A stretch of 64,000 nt of DNA from Rebecca billardiae RCC1528 (taxonomy: Eukaryota > Protista > Haptophyta): NCBI GenBank assembly GCA_965240325.2, contig OZ251237.1, positions 930,001-994,000 on the forward strand, in the 5' to 3' direction. The notes below the pieces were generated by a model that saw nothing but the letters and a program-made list of their open reading frames with translations, did not search any database and was not told where the DNA came from. The translations under genes and the position numbers were made by a program. How positions within the stretch are numbered: the stretch's first letter is position 1; each line of letters starts with the position of its first letter. This document shows, piece by piece, positions 32,014 through 42,794 of the stretch.

Positions 32014-33533
32014 CTTGATGGCGGGCGGCAGGCAAAGCGAGGCGGCGGCGGGCGCGGCGCCGTCCGCCTGTGGCACGTGCGCGCCGCGCCACTCGGCGGC
32101 GGCCTGCGTGGCGAGCGTGTGCATCAGCTCGGCTGGCCGCGGCTGCGAGCCACCGCCGGCACCGCCGCCGCGAGCAGCGCCCGGGCCGCCGCCGACCGCC
32201 GCGGCGGCGGCGGCGGTCGGCGCGCGCGCAGAGAGCGAGCTCGCGAGCGCGGCGGCGAGCGGCGCCGCTTGCTCGAGTAACGAAACCCGCGAGATTAGGA
32301 TCTCGACGAGCCAGCCGAGCACGCGCGGCACGGAGCGGTGGCGCGCCTCCGCCTCCTTCGGCTCGCGCGCGGGCGAGCCCACGAGCGCGGCCGCGCACAG
32401 CACGGTGCTCATCGCGAGCGTCGCCAGCGACGGCGCACGCAGCCGGTCGGCGCCGCCGGCCGCCGCCGAGCCGCCGTGTTGGCGCGCGCCGTCGCCGTCC
32501 TCGAGCTCGTCGTCGGCGTACGCGGCGGCGTCACTCGCGGCGCGCGCGAGCAGGTGGCACCCGTCGAGCAGCCCCGTGCTCGCCACCGCAAAGTCGTCGT
32601 CGGGCGAGAGCAGCAGCAGCGTGCACTCTGCGAGCGGCCGCAGCAGCGCGCGCGCGCGCGCGGCGCGCGCCGCGTGCTCCAGCCGAGGCGCGGGGCCGGC
32701 GCCGCCGTCGGCGCCGGCAGCGTGCAGGTGCACGGCGCCGGCGAGCAGCTCGCGCTCGGCGCTGGCGAACTCGGAGCTCGCGGCGGCGAGCGCGGCGGCG
32801 AGCGCCGCCGCGCACTCGCGCGCCGCCGCGTCGAGCGCGCGGCTGCGCGCCGCCGACACCGCGGCCGGCCTCAGAACGGGCGCGGGCGCGCGGCCGAGCG
32901 CGCTCGCGCCGCCGCCAGCCACGCCGCCACCGAGCAGCTCGTGGTCGGGCGCGGCGCGCGCGGCGGCGCCGCCGGCGATGAGCGCGTGCAGCCGGGGCGC
33001 CTGCGCGCTCACCGACGCCGCGCGCGCGTGCACCGCGCGCAGCGCCCTCGAGATCGGCGTGAGTGCGGGCGTGAGCGCGTGCGCGCCCACGCGGCCCGTG
33101 CGCAGCCGCAGCAGCGCCGTGAGCGTTCGCAAGGCGGCTGTGCGCGCGAGCGCGCGGTTGTGCGCCGCAGAGAGCGCGGCGCAGACGTCGGCGAGGCGCA
33201 GCGGCGGCGGCGAGCGCGCGGCGCCGCCGCCGCGCGCGCGCGATGGCGGCGGCGGCGGCACCGCCGCCGCAGCCTTGCCGCGCGCCGCGCCGCCCGCGCC
33301 GCCCGCGTCCGCCGCCGCCGCTGCGTCCGCGCCGCCGTCCGCGTCCGCGTCCGCGTCTTGCGCCGCGCCGCCCGCCGCGCTCGGGGCGACGAGGCCGGTG
33401 CTGAGGAAGGCGAGCGTGCACTCGCAGTCCGCATCGACGCTCCGCGCGCCGCCGCCGACGTCCGCGCCGCCGCTCGGCGCGCGCTCCGCCGCCGCGCCGC
33501 CCGCCGCGCCGCCCGCCGCGCCATCCGCGCCAT

Positions 33534-33609
<76 letters not shown>

Positions 33610-34200
33610 ACGTTCCTCCGCGCCGTCGCAGAGCGGCCGGAGCGTGAGGGCGAGGTCGACGCGCTCCAGCGCGCGCGGCACGAGCTCGGCCAGCCGCGCC
33701 TCCGCCGCCTGCGCGCGCAGCCCCGCGTGCCGCCCCGACGCCGAGTCGTCGCCGCCGCCGCCGCCGCCGCCATCCATCTCGCGGCCGAGCTGGATTTCGT
33801 CAATTCCGCCGTCGGCGAGTTCGGCCGCCTCGGGCTGGCCGGCGGCCGCCGAGGCCGCGCCGCCGGCTGTGCTGGGCGCGGCACCGCCGCCGCCCTTGTG
33901 GCTCACCCGCCGCACCCGCGCGAGCCGAGCCTCGCGCTCGGCGTGCGCGGCGAGCCTGCTCGCGTACGCGCGCGCGTGCCGCCACACCGCGCACGCGTCC
34001 GCGCCGTCCGCCAGCGCGCGGCCGCTCGAAAGCTGCCGGCCAACGCCGGTGTGATAGAGCAGCGCGGCGCGCGCCGCGGCCTCGAGCTTGAGCGCCGAGG
34101 GCGACATGCGCGCGCTCGCGAGAGCCGCGGCGCGCGCGTCCGCCGTGGCCACCCACGACGCCGCGGCGCTGCGCCCGCCGCCACCACCGCTGCCACCACG

Positions 34201-34253
<53 letters not shown>

Positions 34254-35333
34254 TCGGGGCGACTAGCCCGAGGGCCTCGAGCGTTTCGTCAAGCCAGGCG
34301 GCGTCGTCGTCGAACGGGGCGGGCTCGGCGTGCGCGGCGGCGGGCGTGCCGTCTGCGCCTGGCGCGGCGGCGCGCTCCGCCGCGCCGAGCGCGCGCTCGA
34401 GCCCGACCAAGTGCGACGACTCGTCGAGCGACTTTTGTCGCACGCCGCCGCACGCGCGCGGCAGCGCGTGGTGCAGGAGCGAAAACGCTTCGACCTCCTC
34501 CGAGCTCACGCCGGGGCGGAGGAGCAGCGTGCCGGCGTACTGGCCGCAGAGCGCGGCCGCGGCGCGCGCGAGCTCGAGCGAGTCCGTCGCCGCGCACGCC
34601 GCGCGCGCCACCACGCGCCAGCCCCACGGGCGCGCGCCGCCGTCGGCCGCATGCCCGGCCATGCCTGACACGGTAAGGCGCACGGTGTCACCCGGCAGCA
34701 GCAGTGCGCGCTTCGGCCAGAGGCCGCGCGGCCCGCCGCAGGTGACGCGCAGCTCGGAGCCGACGGACTCAACCCGCATGCTCGCGCCCGGCGGCAGCGC
34801 GCAGCGCGCGTCGAAGCTCAGCTGCACGAGCTGCGCGCCGCGGACGTGAATCAGCGCAGGCGCGCCAAGGGCGTCCGCCGGCGCCGCGCCCGCCGACGCG
34901 TCCGCCGCCGCTGCCGCCGCCGCCGGCGCCCATGGGTGGGCTGACTCGAAGGTGGCCGCGCCGCCGAGCAGCTGCGGCGCGTAGATCGGCGGGCGCGCGG
35001 CGGGCGAGTGCAGCGCCTTCGTGAGCAGCAGCAGCGGCGGCAGCAGCCTCGTCGACAGCTCAAGCCCAAAGTTGCCGAACAGCGACAGTGTGGTCAGTGC
35101 CAGCATCGGCAGTGCCGCAGTGGGCGCGCGCGCCAACGCCGCGGGCCGCCGCGCGCAGCGCTCGAGCACGGCGGAGGCGAACGCGACGAAGGGCGCGCAC
35201 AGCGCGCTCGCAAAGTCGGGCGCGCGCGCCGCGTCGCTCGCGCGCTCGAGCCACGCCGAGCACAGCAGCGCATCCGCCGCGGCGCACATGCCCCCGCCCG
35301 CGCCGCCCGCGCCCGCACTCGCGTTTGGTTCGC

Positions 35334-35372
<39 letters not shown>

Positions 35373-35737
35373 ATGTTTCGTCAGGGAGCAAGAGCTCGAG
35401 GAGCGCCGAGACGAGCGGCGCGTCGACGGCGTCGGCGCAGCGCGGCGCGCGCGCCATCGCCAGCGCGAAGCGCTCGGCAAGCCGCCACGCCTCACTCGCC
35501 GCCGCCGCCGCCGCCGCGGGCGCCGACGCGGCGGGCGCGCCCTGAGCTGACGCTGACGCGGCGCCGGCGGCGGCGCCGGCCAATGCGCGCTGCGCCGCGT
35601 GCGCGTCCGCGAGGAGCGAGCGTAGCTGCGAGCCGCGCGCGCTCGGCGCGGGCCAGAAGAGCTCGAGCAGGCTGCACAGCGACAGCGCCATCTCCTCCCG
35701 CAGCGGCCCGAGGGTCGCCTCGTGCACCGCACCCAAC

Positions 35738-35809
<72 letters not shown>

Positions 35810-37065
35810 ATGGACCCAGCGCCGTGCGCTCGCCTCAGCTCGAGCAGCCGCGTGCGCAGCTGGTTGAGCGCGGCGCGCGCGGCCGCGGCCGCGCCGCCGT
35901 GCTCCGCGCCAGCGGGCCCCACGCCCTCCCCGTCGCGCGCGGGCTGCGCCAGCGCCGAGATTGCAATCTCAGACTCGTGCGCGCAGTATACGTGCGCCCG
36001 CAACAGTCGCAGCGCGCCGAGCGCGCAGTGGAGTGCCGGCACAGCGGCGCCCCGTAAGCTGGTGAGCTCGGTGAGGCAGTCCGCGCCGAAGCTCGCGATC
36101 GCGCCAAGGCACTCGGAGCTCAGATCGAGCGCGAACGCGAGACGCGTCGGCGCGCGCAGCCCGCGGCGTCCGCCGCCGCCGCCGCCGCCGCCGCTGACAG
36201 GCTGGCCGGCGGCGGCGGCGGCGCCGCCGCCGCCGCCGCCGCCTCTCGCGTCGGGGCCGACGGCGGTGGGATCGGCCGTGAGCGCCAGCGGCACGTGCTG
36301 CGTGAGCTGCAGCAGCGCGGCGAGCAGCATCGACGCCGCGGCGGCGAGCGGCGGCGTCGCGTTGTCGTCCGCGCCAGGCGGCGCGGGCAGCTGCGCCAGA
36401 GCACTCAGGCCAGCTAACACGCCATGGCTGTAGCCGCCCGCTCCTGAAGGCTCGGTGGCCGCCGCCGCCGCGGCGGGCGAGGCGCCCGGCGGCGCGCTCG
36501 CGCGCACGGCGGCGTGCACGGCGCGCAGCACGTCCGCGAGCGGCAGCGCGCGCACCGCCGGCTGCGCGTGCGAGCCGCCGCCGCCCGCCGAGCCGTGCCG
36601 GCGCGAGAGGGCCGCTCGCCAGAACGCGTGCGCCGCGCGCGCGCAGTCAGTGGCCGAGCCGGTGGCGGCGGCCAGCTGGCAGAGCACGCGCGCGGCGGTG
36701 GGCACGTGCGCGGCGTCGCCCTCGGCGACGAGCGCGCACAGCCGCGTGACCAGCCCCTCCGCGCCGAAGCTCTCCCGCGCCACGCCCTCGAGGCACAGCG
36801 GCGCCGCGCCCTGCAGCGCAGCGCCGAGCCGCGCGAGCCGAGTCGATGAGCGGAACCATTTAGTCTGTATCTCCGTCAGATCTCCCGGACCGGAGAGTCC
36901 GGAGAGCGCGGCGGCGATGGCCTGCGGCGTGGTCGGCGGGGCGCGCGAGCCGCCGAAGCCGCCGCCCAGCCCGTCGCCGCCCATCCCTGCGCCCTCGCCG
37001 GCCGCGCTGCTCGAGGCGCGCGCGCGCACCGCCTCGGCTGCGCTCCCTAGCCAGTCCCGGCCGCT

Positions 37066-37100
<35 letters not shown>

Positions 37101-38556
37101 GCGCGGACTGCGAGCCGGAGGTCGAGCCGGCGTGCGCGAAGGCGGTGGCGGCCGCGCTGACGGAGCCGCCCGCGCCGGAGCCGCCGACCCCGCCGCCGCT
37201 CCCGTACGCCGCGCCGGCGCTCGAGCGGCGCGCGCCCACGCCGCTCGGAGCGGCTCGTCCAGAAGCTGCGGCGCGGCCGCCGGCTGCGCGGCCGCCTTCG
37301 CCCAGGCTGCGCGACGCGCTGAGCTCGGCGGCGATGCGCTGGAGCACGCGCATGCGCAGCCTCTGCCGCGCCTCGAAGCCGCGCTCGTGCGCGAGCACCA
37401 GCACGTCCGCGTCGCGAGCGCCCCCGTGCGACCCGTCGCCGCCGCCGCCAACGCCAACGCCGCCAACGCCAACGCTGCCGCCGCCCAGACCGCCGCCGCC
37501 GCCGCCGCCCAGCCCCAAGCGCAGCTGCATGCTCGTCGCGTCCCACGCCGCGCGCGCGACAAGGCCGACGCGCGCGTCACCAGGCCTGGCCTCCGCCGCC
37601 TGGAACAGCGGGCGCGTGCGCGCGGCGAAAAGCAGCCGCGCGTGCGCGCCGGCGAGCTGCCGAGCGCGCGCGGCCGAGCGCGCGCGCTGAGCGCCATCGG
37701 CGCCGGCCGCGCGCTCGCGCCGCGCCTCAGCCTCGGCACGCGGCAGCTCGTCGTGGACGAGCGTGCCGCCCCACGCCCGCGTCTCGAGGCACGCCACGAG
37801 CTGCGACGCGCTCGCCTCGAGCTCGAGCGTCAGCGCATCGGGGGCCAGCGGCGAAACACCGCCGGCCGCGTCCGCCGCCGCCGCGGCCGCGGCTTCGAAC
37901 GGTGTGGCCGGCTCGCAGCGCGCGCGCAGCTCGGCCGGCGTGCACGTGGTGAGCGTGACGGTGGGCGCGCGCGGCTCGGCGAGCAGCGCGACGGCCTGGC
38001 TCGCCGTCGTCACGCGCACGCCGTCCACGCCGAGCAGCACGTCGCCCGCGCACATGTTGCCCTCCTGTGCAGCCATCCCGAACGCATCGACGACCGAGAT
38101 CACGGCGTAGGTCACCGGCTCCGGGCCGGCTGGGCCCAGGCTCGGGTCGGCTGGGAGCGTGCACAGCGTGGCGCCGAGCTGGGCCGGGTCGCGCGGCCGC
38201 GGGAGCACCGTCTCGCGGCACACGCCCGTCAGCGTGCTCGCGCTCGCCGGGAGCGCCAAGCGCGCGGCCGCATGCTGCCGGCGCGGATCCGCCCACGTCG
38301 TGGAGCGGCGCGTGTGGTCGACGAAGAAGAGGCGGCCCGAAGCCTCGTGCACGCGCTGCTCGTAGCCGATCGGCAGCTGCGGCGGCGGCAGGCTCGCGCT
38401 GAAGCGGTCGCACAGCTCCGGGAGCAGCAGCTCGTATGCGCCGAGGTCGCTTACATTCTGGAAGAGCGGACCGTCGTGCACGACGCGCGCGTGCAGGCGC
38501 GAGCGCGGCGGCGCGGGCGGCGCCGCGTCGTGCCGCTCGTAGCCCGTCGGAAACAT
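23551..38556 (-). CDS. Giant HERC-type HECT E3 ubiquitin ligase with N-terminal WW and PDZ and two UBA-like domains (~4690 aa)
   Basis: Probable start MFPTGYERH at 38556. WW at ~38283-38376 (LPIGYEQR..SGRLFFVDHTRRSTTWADPR). PDZ at ~37945-38180 (AVISVVDAFGMAAQEGNMCAGDVLLGVDGVRV). UBA-like segments LCQLGFDEELCERAL and LGFSARLCRHALRRAGGDGNIAAAWL. HECT: PFRVRLAGEASDDLGGPFRE ... FLRFVWGRSRLP ... LPVAHTCFFSVELPRYSS with the catalytic Cys. Introns at 25830-26034, 24739-25082 and 24181-24561; hidden in-frame introns in exon 1 are possible. Confidence 0.82.
24802..24841. repeat. Intronic 10-bp tandem repeat (CGAGATCGCG)x~4
   Basis: gcgagatcgcgcgagatcgcgcgagatcgcgggagatcgc read directly inside HECT intron 24739-25082. 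Confidence 0.9.
24975..25028. repeat. Intronic 9-bp tandem repeat (GGCGGCAGC)x~6
   Basis: Read directly, in the same intron. Confidence 0.9.
29595..29685. repeat. Coding (GCC)n/(GTC)n tracts encoding poly-Gly and poly-Asp in the HECT ligase
   Basis: Translates as DDDDDDDDDDGGGDGDGGGGGG... on the minus strand. Confidence 0.85.
33536..33609. repeat. Coding hexamer repeat (CGCGCC)n encoding (Gly-Ala)n
   Basis: About 12 copies read directly; protein GAGAGAGAGA. Confidence 0.9.
35738..35808. repeat. Coding (CCG)n tract encoding ~23 Gly
   Basis: Read directly; a similar tract lies at ~34204-34253. Confidence 0.9.
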
Positions 38557-38895
38557 CCCGCCGGCTCGATCGCCGGGGACGCCGGCGCACGGCTGCGCGG
38601 ATGCCGCACGCCCGGATGCGACCCTCCCCCCGCGGCGTCCGCCGAAGGAGCAGTGCGCGGCGCTGATGCCACAGGACTGGTACTTCGAGTCCTCTTTTTG
38701 TAGTGACGCCCGGCCTTTCACCAGTGACCGCGCCCCATCGGACGTGGGCAACACGTCCGGTGTCCGGTTCATCACCAGTAGTCACCACCCTCTGGGTTCA
38801 TCATCACCGTCGTTGACGGGTGGCGACCAGCGGCGGATCGCGATCCCAAATTGCAAGGGTGCCGGTGCGGCGGTGCTCACCACTGCCACTGCAGG
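38557..38895. promoter_or_regulatory. Putative bidirectional promoter HECT / LRR (339 bp)
   Basis: Head-to-head geometry; both start codons are uncertain. Confidence 0.4.
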
Positions 38896-40623
38896 ATGGC
38901 CGATCGGGTTCATCACCGCTCTGCGGCCATGTTGCTGCTCGTGCTCGCCAACCTCACCCATCTGGCATCGAGCGCCCCTCGGTTCTCGCTCGAGTCGACC
39001 GCAGACTATGAGAACTGCGTGGCGAACGCATCCGGGTGCTATTCCATGAGGTTGCCAGGCCTTGGTTCCTTGAACCCGCTCACGGGCACCGTGCCAACCG
39101 AGGTCGGCTCCATGACCAGCCTGACTTTCATGGAGCTGAACTGGAACTCGCTCACGGGCACTGTGCCAACCGAGGTCGGCTCGATGACCAGCCTGACCTA
39201 CATGGAGCTGGGCTGGAACTCCCTCACGGGCACCGTGCCGACGGAGGTGGGCGCCATGACCAGCCTTGCGCACTTGGTACTGCGCAGGAACTCGCTCAGC
39301 GCCACCTTGCCGACGGAGGTGGGTGCGATTATCAGCCTGGGTCTGATGGGCCTGGGCTGGAATTCGCTCACCGGCACCGTCCCGACGGAGGTTGGTCGGC
39401 TTACCCACCTCCACCGCCAGCTTTGGCTGGAATGGAACTCCCTCAGCGGCACAGTGCCGACAGAGGTCGGCACTATGGCCAGAATTGGACTCATGGGGCT
39501 GGGACGGAACTCGCTCACTGGGACTGTGCCGACCGAGGTGGGCACTATGAGCAACCTGTATTACATGGTGCTGGATCAGAACTCGCTCACCGGCACTGTG
39601 CCGACCGAGGTGGGCACGCTGACCGAGCTTGCTGCGGTGTGGCTGGGCCGGAACTCGCTCACCGGCGCCGTGCCGACGGAGTTGGGCACGATGACTAGCA
39701 CTACGGTCCTGAGGCTGGAAGAGAACTCGCTGACGGGCACCCTGCCGACAGAGGTGGGCATGGGCAAGCTGAACGACATGGGCCTGGTCTGGAACTCGCT
39801 GACGGGCACCGTGCCGACAGAGGTGGGCGCGATGACCAGCCTGATGATCATGGAGCTCGGGATCAACTCGCTCACGGGCACATTGCCGACGGAGGTGGGC
39901 ACGATGGCCAGCGCTATCGAGTTGAGGCTGGAAGAAAACTCGCTCATTGGCTCCATCCCGACCGAGATGGGCGCGCTCACTGGAGCTGGGCACCTAGATT
40001 TGGGCATCAACGCGCTCACTGGTGCCGTGCCGACGGAGTTGGGCACGACCAGCCTGACTGTCATGGACTTGGGGATCAACTCGCTCACCGGGGCCGTGCC
40101 GACCGAGTTGGGCGCGCTGACCAGCCTCGATCGGATCTGGTTGGGTAGGGGCTCGTTCACAGGCACCGTGCCAACCGAGGTGGGCAGGTGGAGCAGCCTT
40201 AGCTTGATGTGGCTCGGGAGGAACTCGCTCACGGGCACCGTGCCGACTGAGCTGGGCGCGATGACAAGTCTGACTGTCATGGATCTGGGCGTCAACTTGC
40301 TCACCGGCACAGTGCCGACCGAGGTGGGCGCGATGGCCAAGCTTCAGCTGCAAGTGGACAACACGAACATGTGGGGCGGCACCCATGGTTATTCTAACGT
40401 GTCTCCTGCTGTGCTGCCGCCGCGAGCCACACCAGAAAACAGCCGGCCGAGCGCTGGTGCATCGCCGCTCGTTGGCCAACGCCAACGAGCAGCGGATGCA
40501 GCGGCTGGCGGAGCTGGCCTGGTGGTCGGTGCTACTCTTGCTCTCATCACCATCTGCATTGCCTCAGTGCAACGCAAGGCCCTGCAGCAGAAGTGGGATG
40601 AGTCCTCGCTTGCGCTTCTCTGA
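38896..40623 (+). CDS. Leucine-rich-repeat receptor-like surface protein (signal peptide, 18 plant-type 24-aa LRRs, C-terminal TM, no kinase)
   Basis: Signal-like MLLLVLANLTHLASS (alternative start 38929) and a Cys cap (YENCVANASGC). There are 18 units of LxxNSLTGTVPTEVGxMTSLxxM, then a Pro/Ser stalk, TM GLVVGATLALITICIASV and a ~17-aa tail. Intronless. Confidence 0.88.
   Translation: MADRVHHRSAAMLLLVLANLTHLASSAPRFSLESTADYENCVANASGCYSMRLPGLGSLNPLTGTVPTEVGSMTSLTFMELNWNSLTGTVPTEVGSMTSLTYMELGWNSLTGTVPTEVGAMTSLAHLVLRRNSLSATLPTEVGAIISLGLMGLGWNSLTGTVPTEVGRLTHLHRQLWLEWNSLSGTVPTEVGTMARIGLMGLGRNSLTGTVPTEVGTMSNLYYMVLDQNSLTGTVPTEVGTLTELAAVWLGRNSLTGAVPTELGTMTSTTVLRLEENSLTGTLPTEVGMGKLNDMGLVWNSLTGTVPTEVGAMTSLMIMELGINSLTGTLPTEVGTMASAIELRLEENSLIGSIPTEMGALTGAGHLDLGINALTGAVPTELGTTSLTVMDLGINSLTGAVPTELGALTSLDRIWLGRGSFTGTVPTEVGRWSSLSLMWLGRNSLTGTVPTELGAMTSLTVMDLGVNLLTGTVPTEVGAMAKLQLQVDNTNMWGGTHGYSNVSPAVLPPRATPENSRPSAGASPLVGQRQRAADAAAGGAGLVVGATLALITICIASVQRKALQQKWDESSLALL
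39070..40340 (+). repeat. ~72-bp coding tandem repeat array (LRR units)
   Basis: Recurrent AACTCGCTCACNGGCACNGTGCCGACNGAGGTGGGC core at ~72-bp spacing (69 or 75 bp in a few units). Confidence 0.9.
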
Positions 40624-40796
40624 ATGTGAACGTCATCGTGGCAGAGGCACGCACGACTCTGACTCCGGTATACGACGGTGACTCGCCCGTAGTGCAGGTT
40701 ATAATAACTATATATATACTATATGTCGTCACAGCACGCACTGATTACATGGCAGCGACCATAAGTTCCCATATGCGCCTCTCGTCAGTGTCCTAG

Positions 40797-40923
<127 letters not shown>

Positions 40924-40973
40924 TATTTTATGATGCGATAACGACGACCGCAGGCTCGTGGCAGCTGACTAAT

Positions 40974-42698
40974 CTACACAGCCGGACCGCGAGGCCCTGC
41001 CGTATCGGTAATCGGTCCACTAGCGGCCGATGAAGCCGGCGCCCGCAGTGCCGACGCTGCAGTGCCGAGTCCGCCACCACTTCTCGGCCGAGACATGGCC
41101 GCCACTGCTCTCGTCAACGTGTTGTTCGGCCACGACGCGAGCGCCTTCTTGAAGACCTTCCCTATGGGCTCTTCGCGATTTATGGCGACGCAATCGGCCA
41201 CTTCCTCCAGGAAGTGCGTCGCGGCCGCCCACCCGCCCTCCGCCTGCAGCAGGATCTCGCCTCTGTACTTGGCGAGCGCCGCCTGCCGCCGGCGCACCTC
41301 CGTGTGATTGAGTGAGCGCAGCATGCGCACCACGCCGCGCGGGTCGCGCACGAAGGGCTTGGCGGGCAGCTTGATCCAAAAGTCGTCGTAGGGCACCGGG
41401 CGGAGCACCGAGCCTTCAGGCTTGCCGTACGGCCCCTCGAGGCCGTCGCAGATGACAACCGGGATGCAGCCGGCGGCAATCGACGTGACAAAACGGCTCG
41501 TCGTGCAAATGTCGCCCGCAGGGCACAGGCAGAAGCGCGAGGTCGCCATCTCGCGGCCCATCCGCTCGTAGTTGGAGATCTGCCTGGTCGCGTCGCTCGG
41601 GTGCGTCGCGGCGAGCAGCGAGCGCAGCGTCGCGCTCACGCGCTCGCGCCGCTTCTTGGCGAGTGCGGTGACGGCGCGCAGCAGGCACTGCGGCGCCTTG
41701 CCGTGGCTGAAGTTGGCGGAGACAGACTCGCGCATGGCTGGGCGGATCAGCACATCTTGCGAGGACTCAAGCAGCAGCTGGCCCACCTGGCAGCGGATAT
41801 CCTTGCCAGTGCAGCAGACGTCCAGGCCGCCCGCGAAGTAGACCAGCACGGGCCGCTCGTAGTCAAACGGCGGCCCATGCTGGTCTATGTCGCGGGCGGC
41901 GCGGGCGTCTGAACGAGGCGCGAGGGTCGCCGCGGCACGCGCGGCGCGGCGCGCGGCGGCCGTGTGCTCGGTGAAAGCGAGCAGCGCGTACTGATTGGGC
42001 TGGTGGCCCATGTCGAAGGTGCAGCGCGCGACGACCGAGGGGTGCCGCTTCCACTCGCTCGTCGCGCGATTGGGCATGCGGCCGAACGGCTTCATCCGGC
42101 CGACCGAGGTCTCGGAGAGCAGCCACGCCACCTCCAGCCTCAGCCGCAGCGTCAGATCGGCCGCGACGCTCAGGTTCTTTGCGTTCGGGCCGACGCCGTA
42201 GAAGCTGCGCTTCTGCTTGTCGGTGAGCTGCTCGTAGATGTCGAGGCTGTGGATGTCGGCGAGCTCGTGCGACTTGGACGACGCCCAGAAGTGGTTGCGC
42301 CCGGCGGAGCGCATGAAGTGCGGCGACATGACGAGCGCTTGGCCCGCCGCCCGCATCCGGCCCCTGTGCGTGGTGCCCAGGCAGTCCTGCATGCGGAAGG
42401 AGGTGTACTCCCAGATCGGGATGTAGAAGAGCGAAGCGGCGCTCGCGTTGCGCGTGCGGTACGGGTGGTGCTTGAGCTGGTCGTACAAGTGGGCCTCCTG
42501 CATGCCCTCGCCTGCCGTCGACTTGACGAGCGCATCGTACCCGCGGCAGCGGCGGAGGAACGAAAAGTCGAGGGCACGCTTGCTGTACATGTAGAAGCTC
42601 AGCTCCGGCCGCGGCGGGGGCGCGGGCCCGAGGTCGGTGGTGGCTCTTCGTGCGAAGGAGACCACCACCACCACCACCACCAACACTCCTCCTCTCAT
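40974..42698 (-). CDS. Exostosin-family glycosyltransferase (GT47)
   Basis: N-terminal anchor MRGGVLVVVVVVVSFA; HPYRTRNASAASLFYIP; GRNHFW; LVYFAG; signature SRFCLCPAGDICTTSRFVTSIAAGCIPVVI. Intronless. Confidence 0.88.
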   Translation of the reverse strand: MRGGVLVVVVVVVSFARRATTDLGPAPPPRPELSFYMYSKRALDFSFLRRCRGYDALVKSTAGEGMQEAHLYDQLKHHPYRTRNASAASLFYIPIWEYTSFRMQDCLGTTHRGRMRAAGQALVMSPHFMRSAGRNHFWASSKSHELADIHSLDIYEQLTDKQKRSFYGVGPNAKNLSVAADLTLRLRLEVAWLLSETSVGRMKPFGRMPNRATSEWKRHPSVVARCTFDMGHQPNQYALLAFTEHTAAARRAARAAATLAPRSDARAARDIDQHGPPFDYERPVLVYFAGGLDVCCTGKDIRCQVGQLLLESSQDVLIRPAMRESVSANFSHGKAPQCLLRAVTALAKKRRERVSATLRSLLAATHPSDATRQISNYERMGREMATSRFCLCPAGDICTTSRFVTSIAAGCIPVVICDGLEGPYGKPEGSVLRPVPYDDFWIKLPAKPFVRDPRGVVRMLRSLNHTEVRRRQAALAKYRGEILLQAEGGWAAATHFLEEVADCVAINREEPIGKVFKKALASWPNNTLTRAVAAMSRPRSGGGLGTAASALRAPASSAASGPITDTAGPRGPAV

Positions 42699-42794
42699 GA
42701 GCCCTCGGCGGCCGCCATCGTGCGGACGTTGGCTCAAGGACCCCAACGCCTGAGCGTGCTTGGATTCGGCGCGGCCCGTGGAGCTGCGTTGTGT
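42699..42794. promoter_or_regulatory. Putative bidirectional promoter GT47 / NTT (96 bp)
   Basis: Head-to-head geometry only. Confidence 0.5.

Noticed and set aside
30341-34054. 1237-aa Ala/Ser/Pro antisense ORF within HECT
   Set aside because: Mirror of the Ala/Gly-rich sense frame; no independent evidence.
39070-40340. Regular conserved-repeat/variable-spacer pattern resembling a CRISPR array
   Set aside because: The period is 72 bp in frame, repeats vary at synonymous positions and encode LRRs, there are no cas genes, and the context is eukaryotic.
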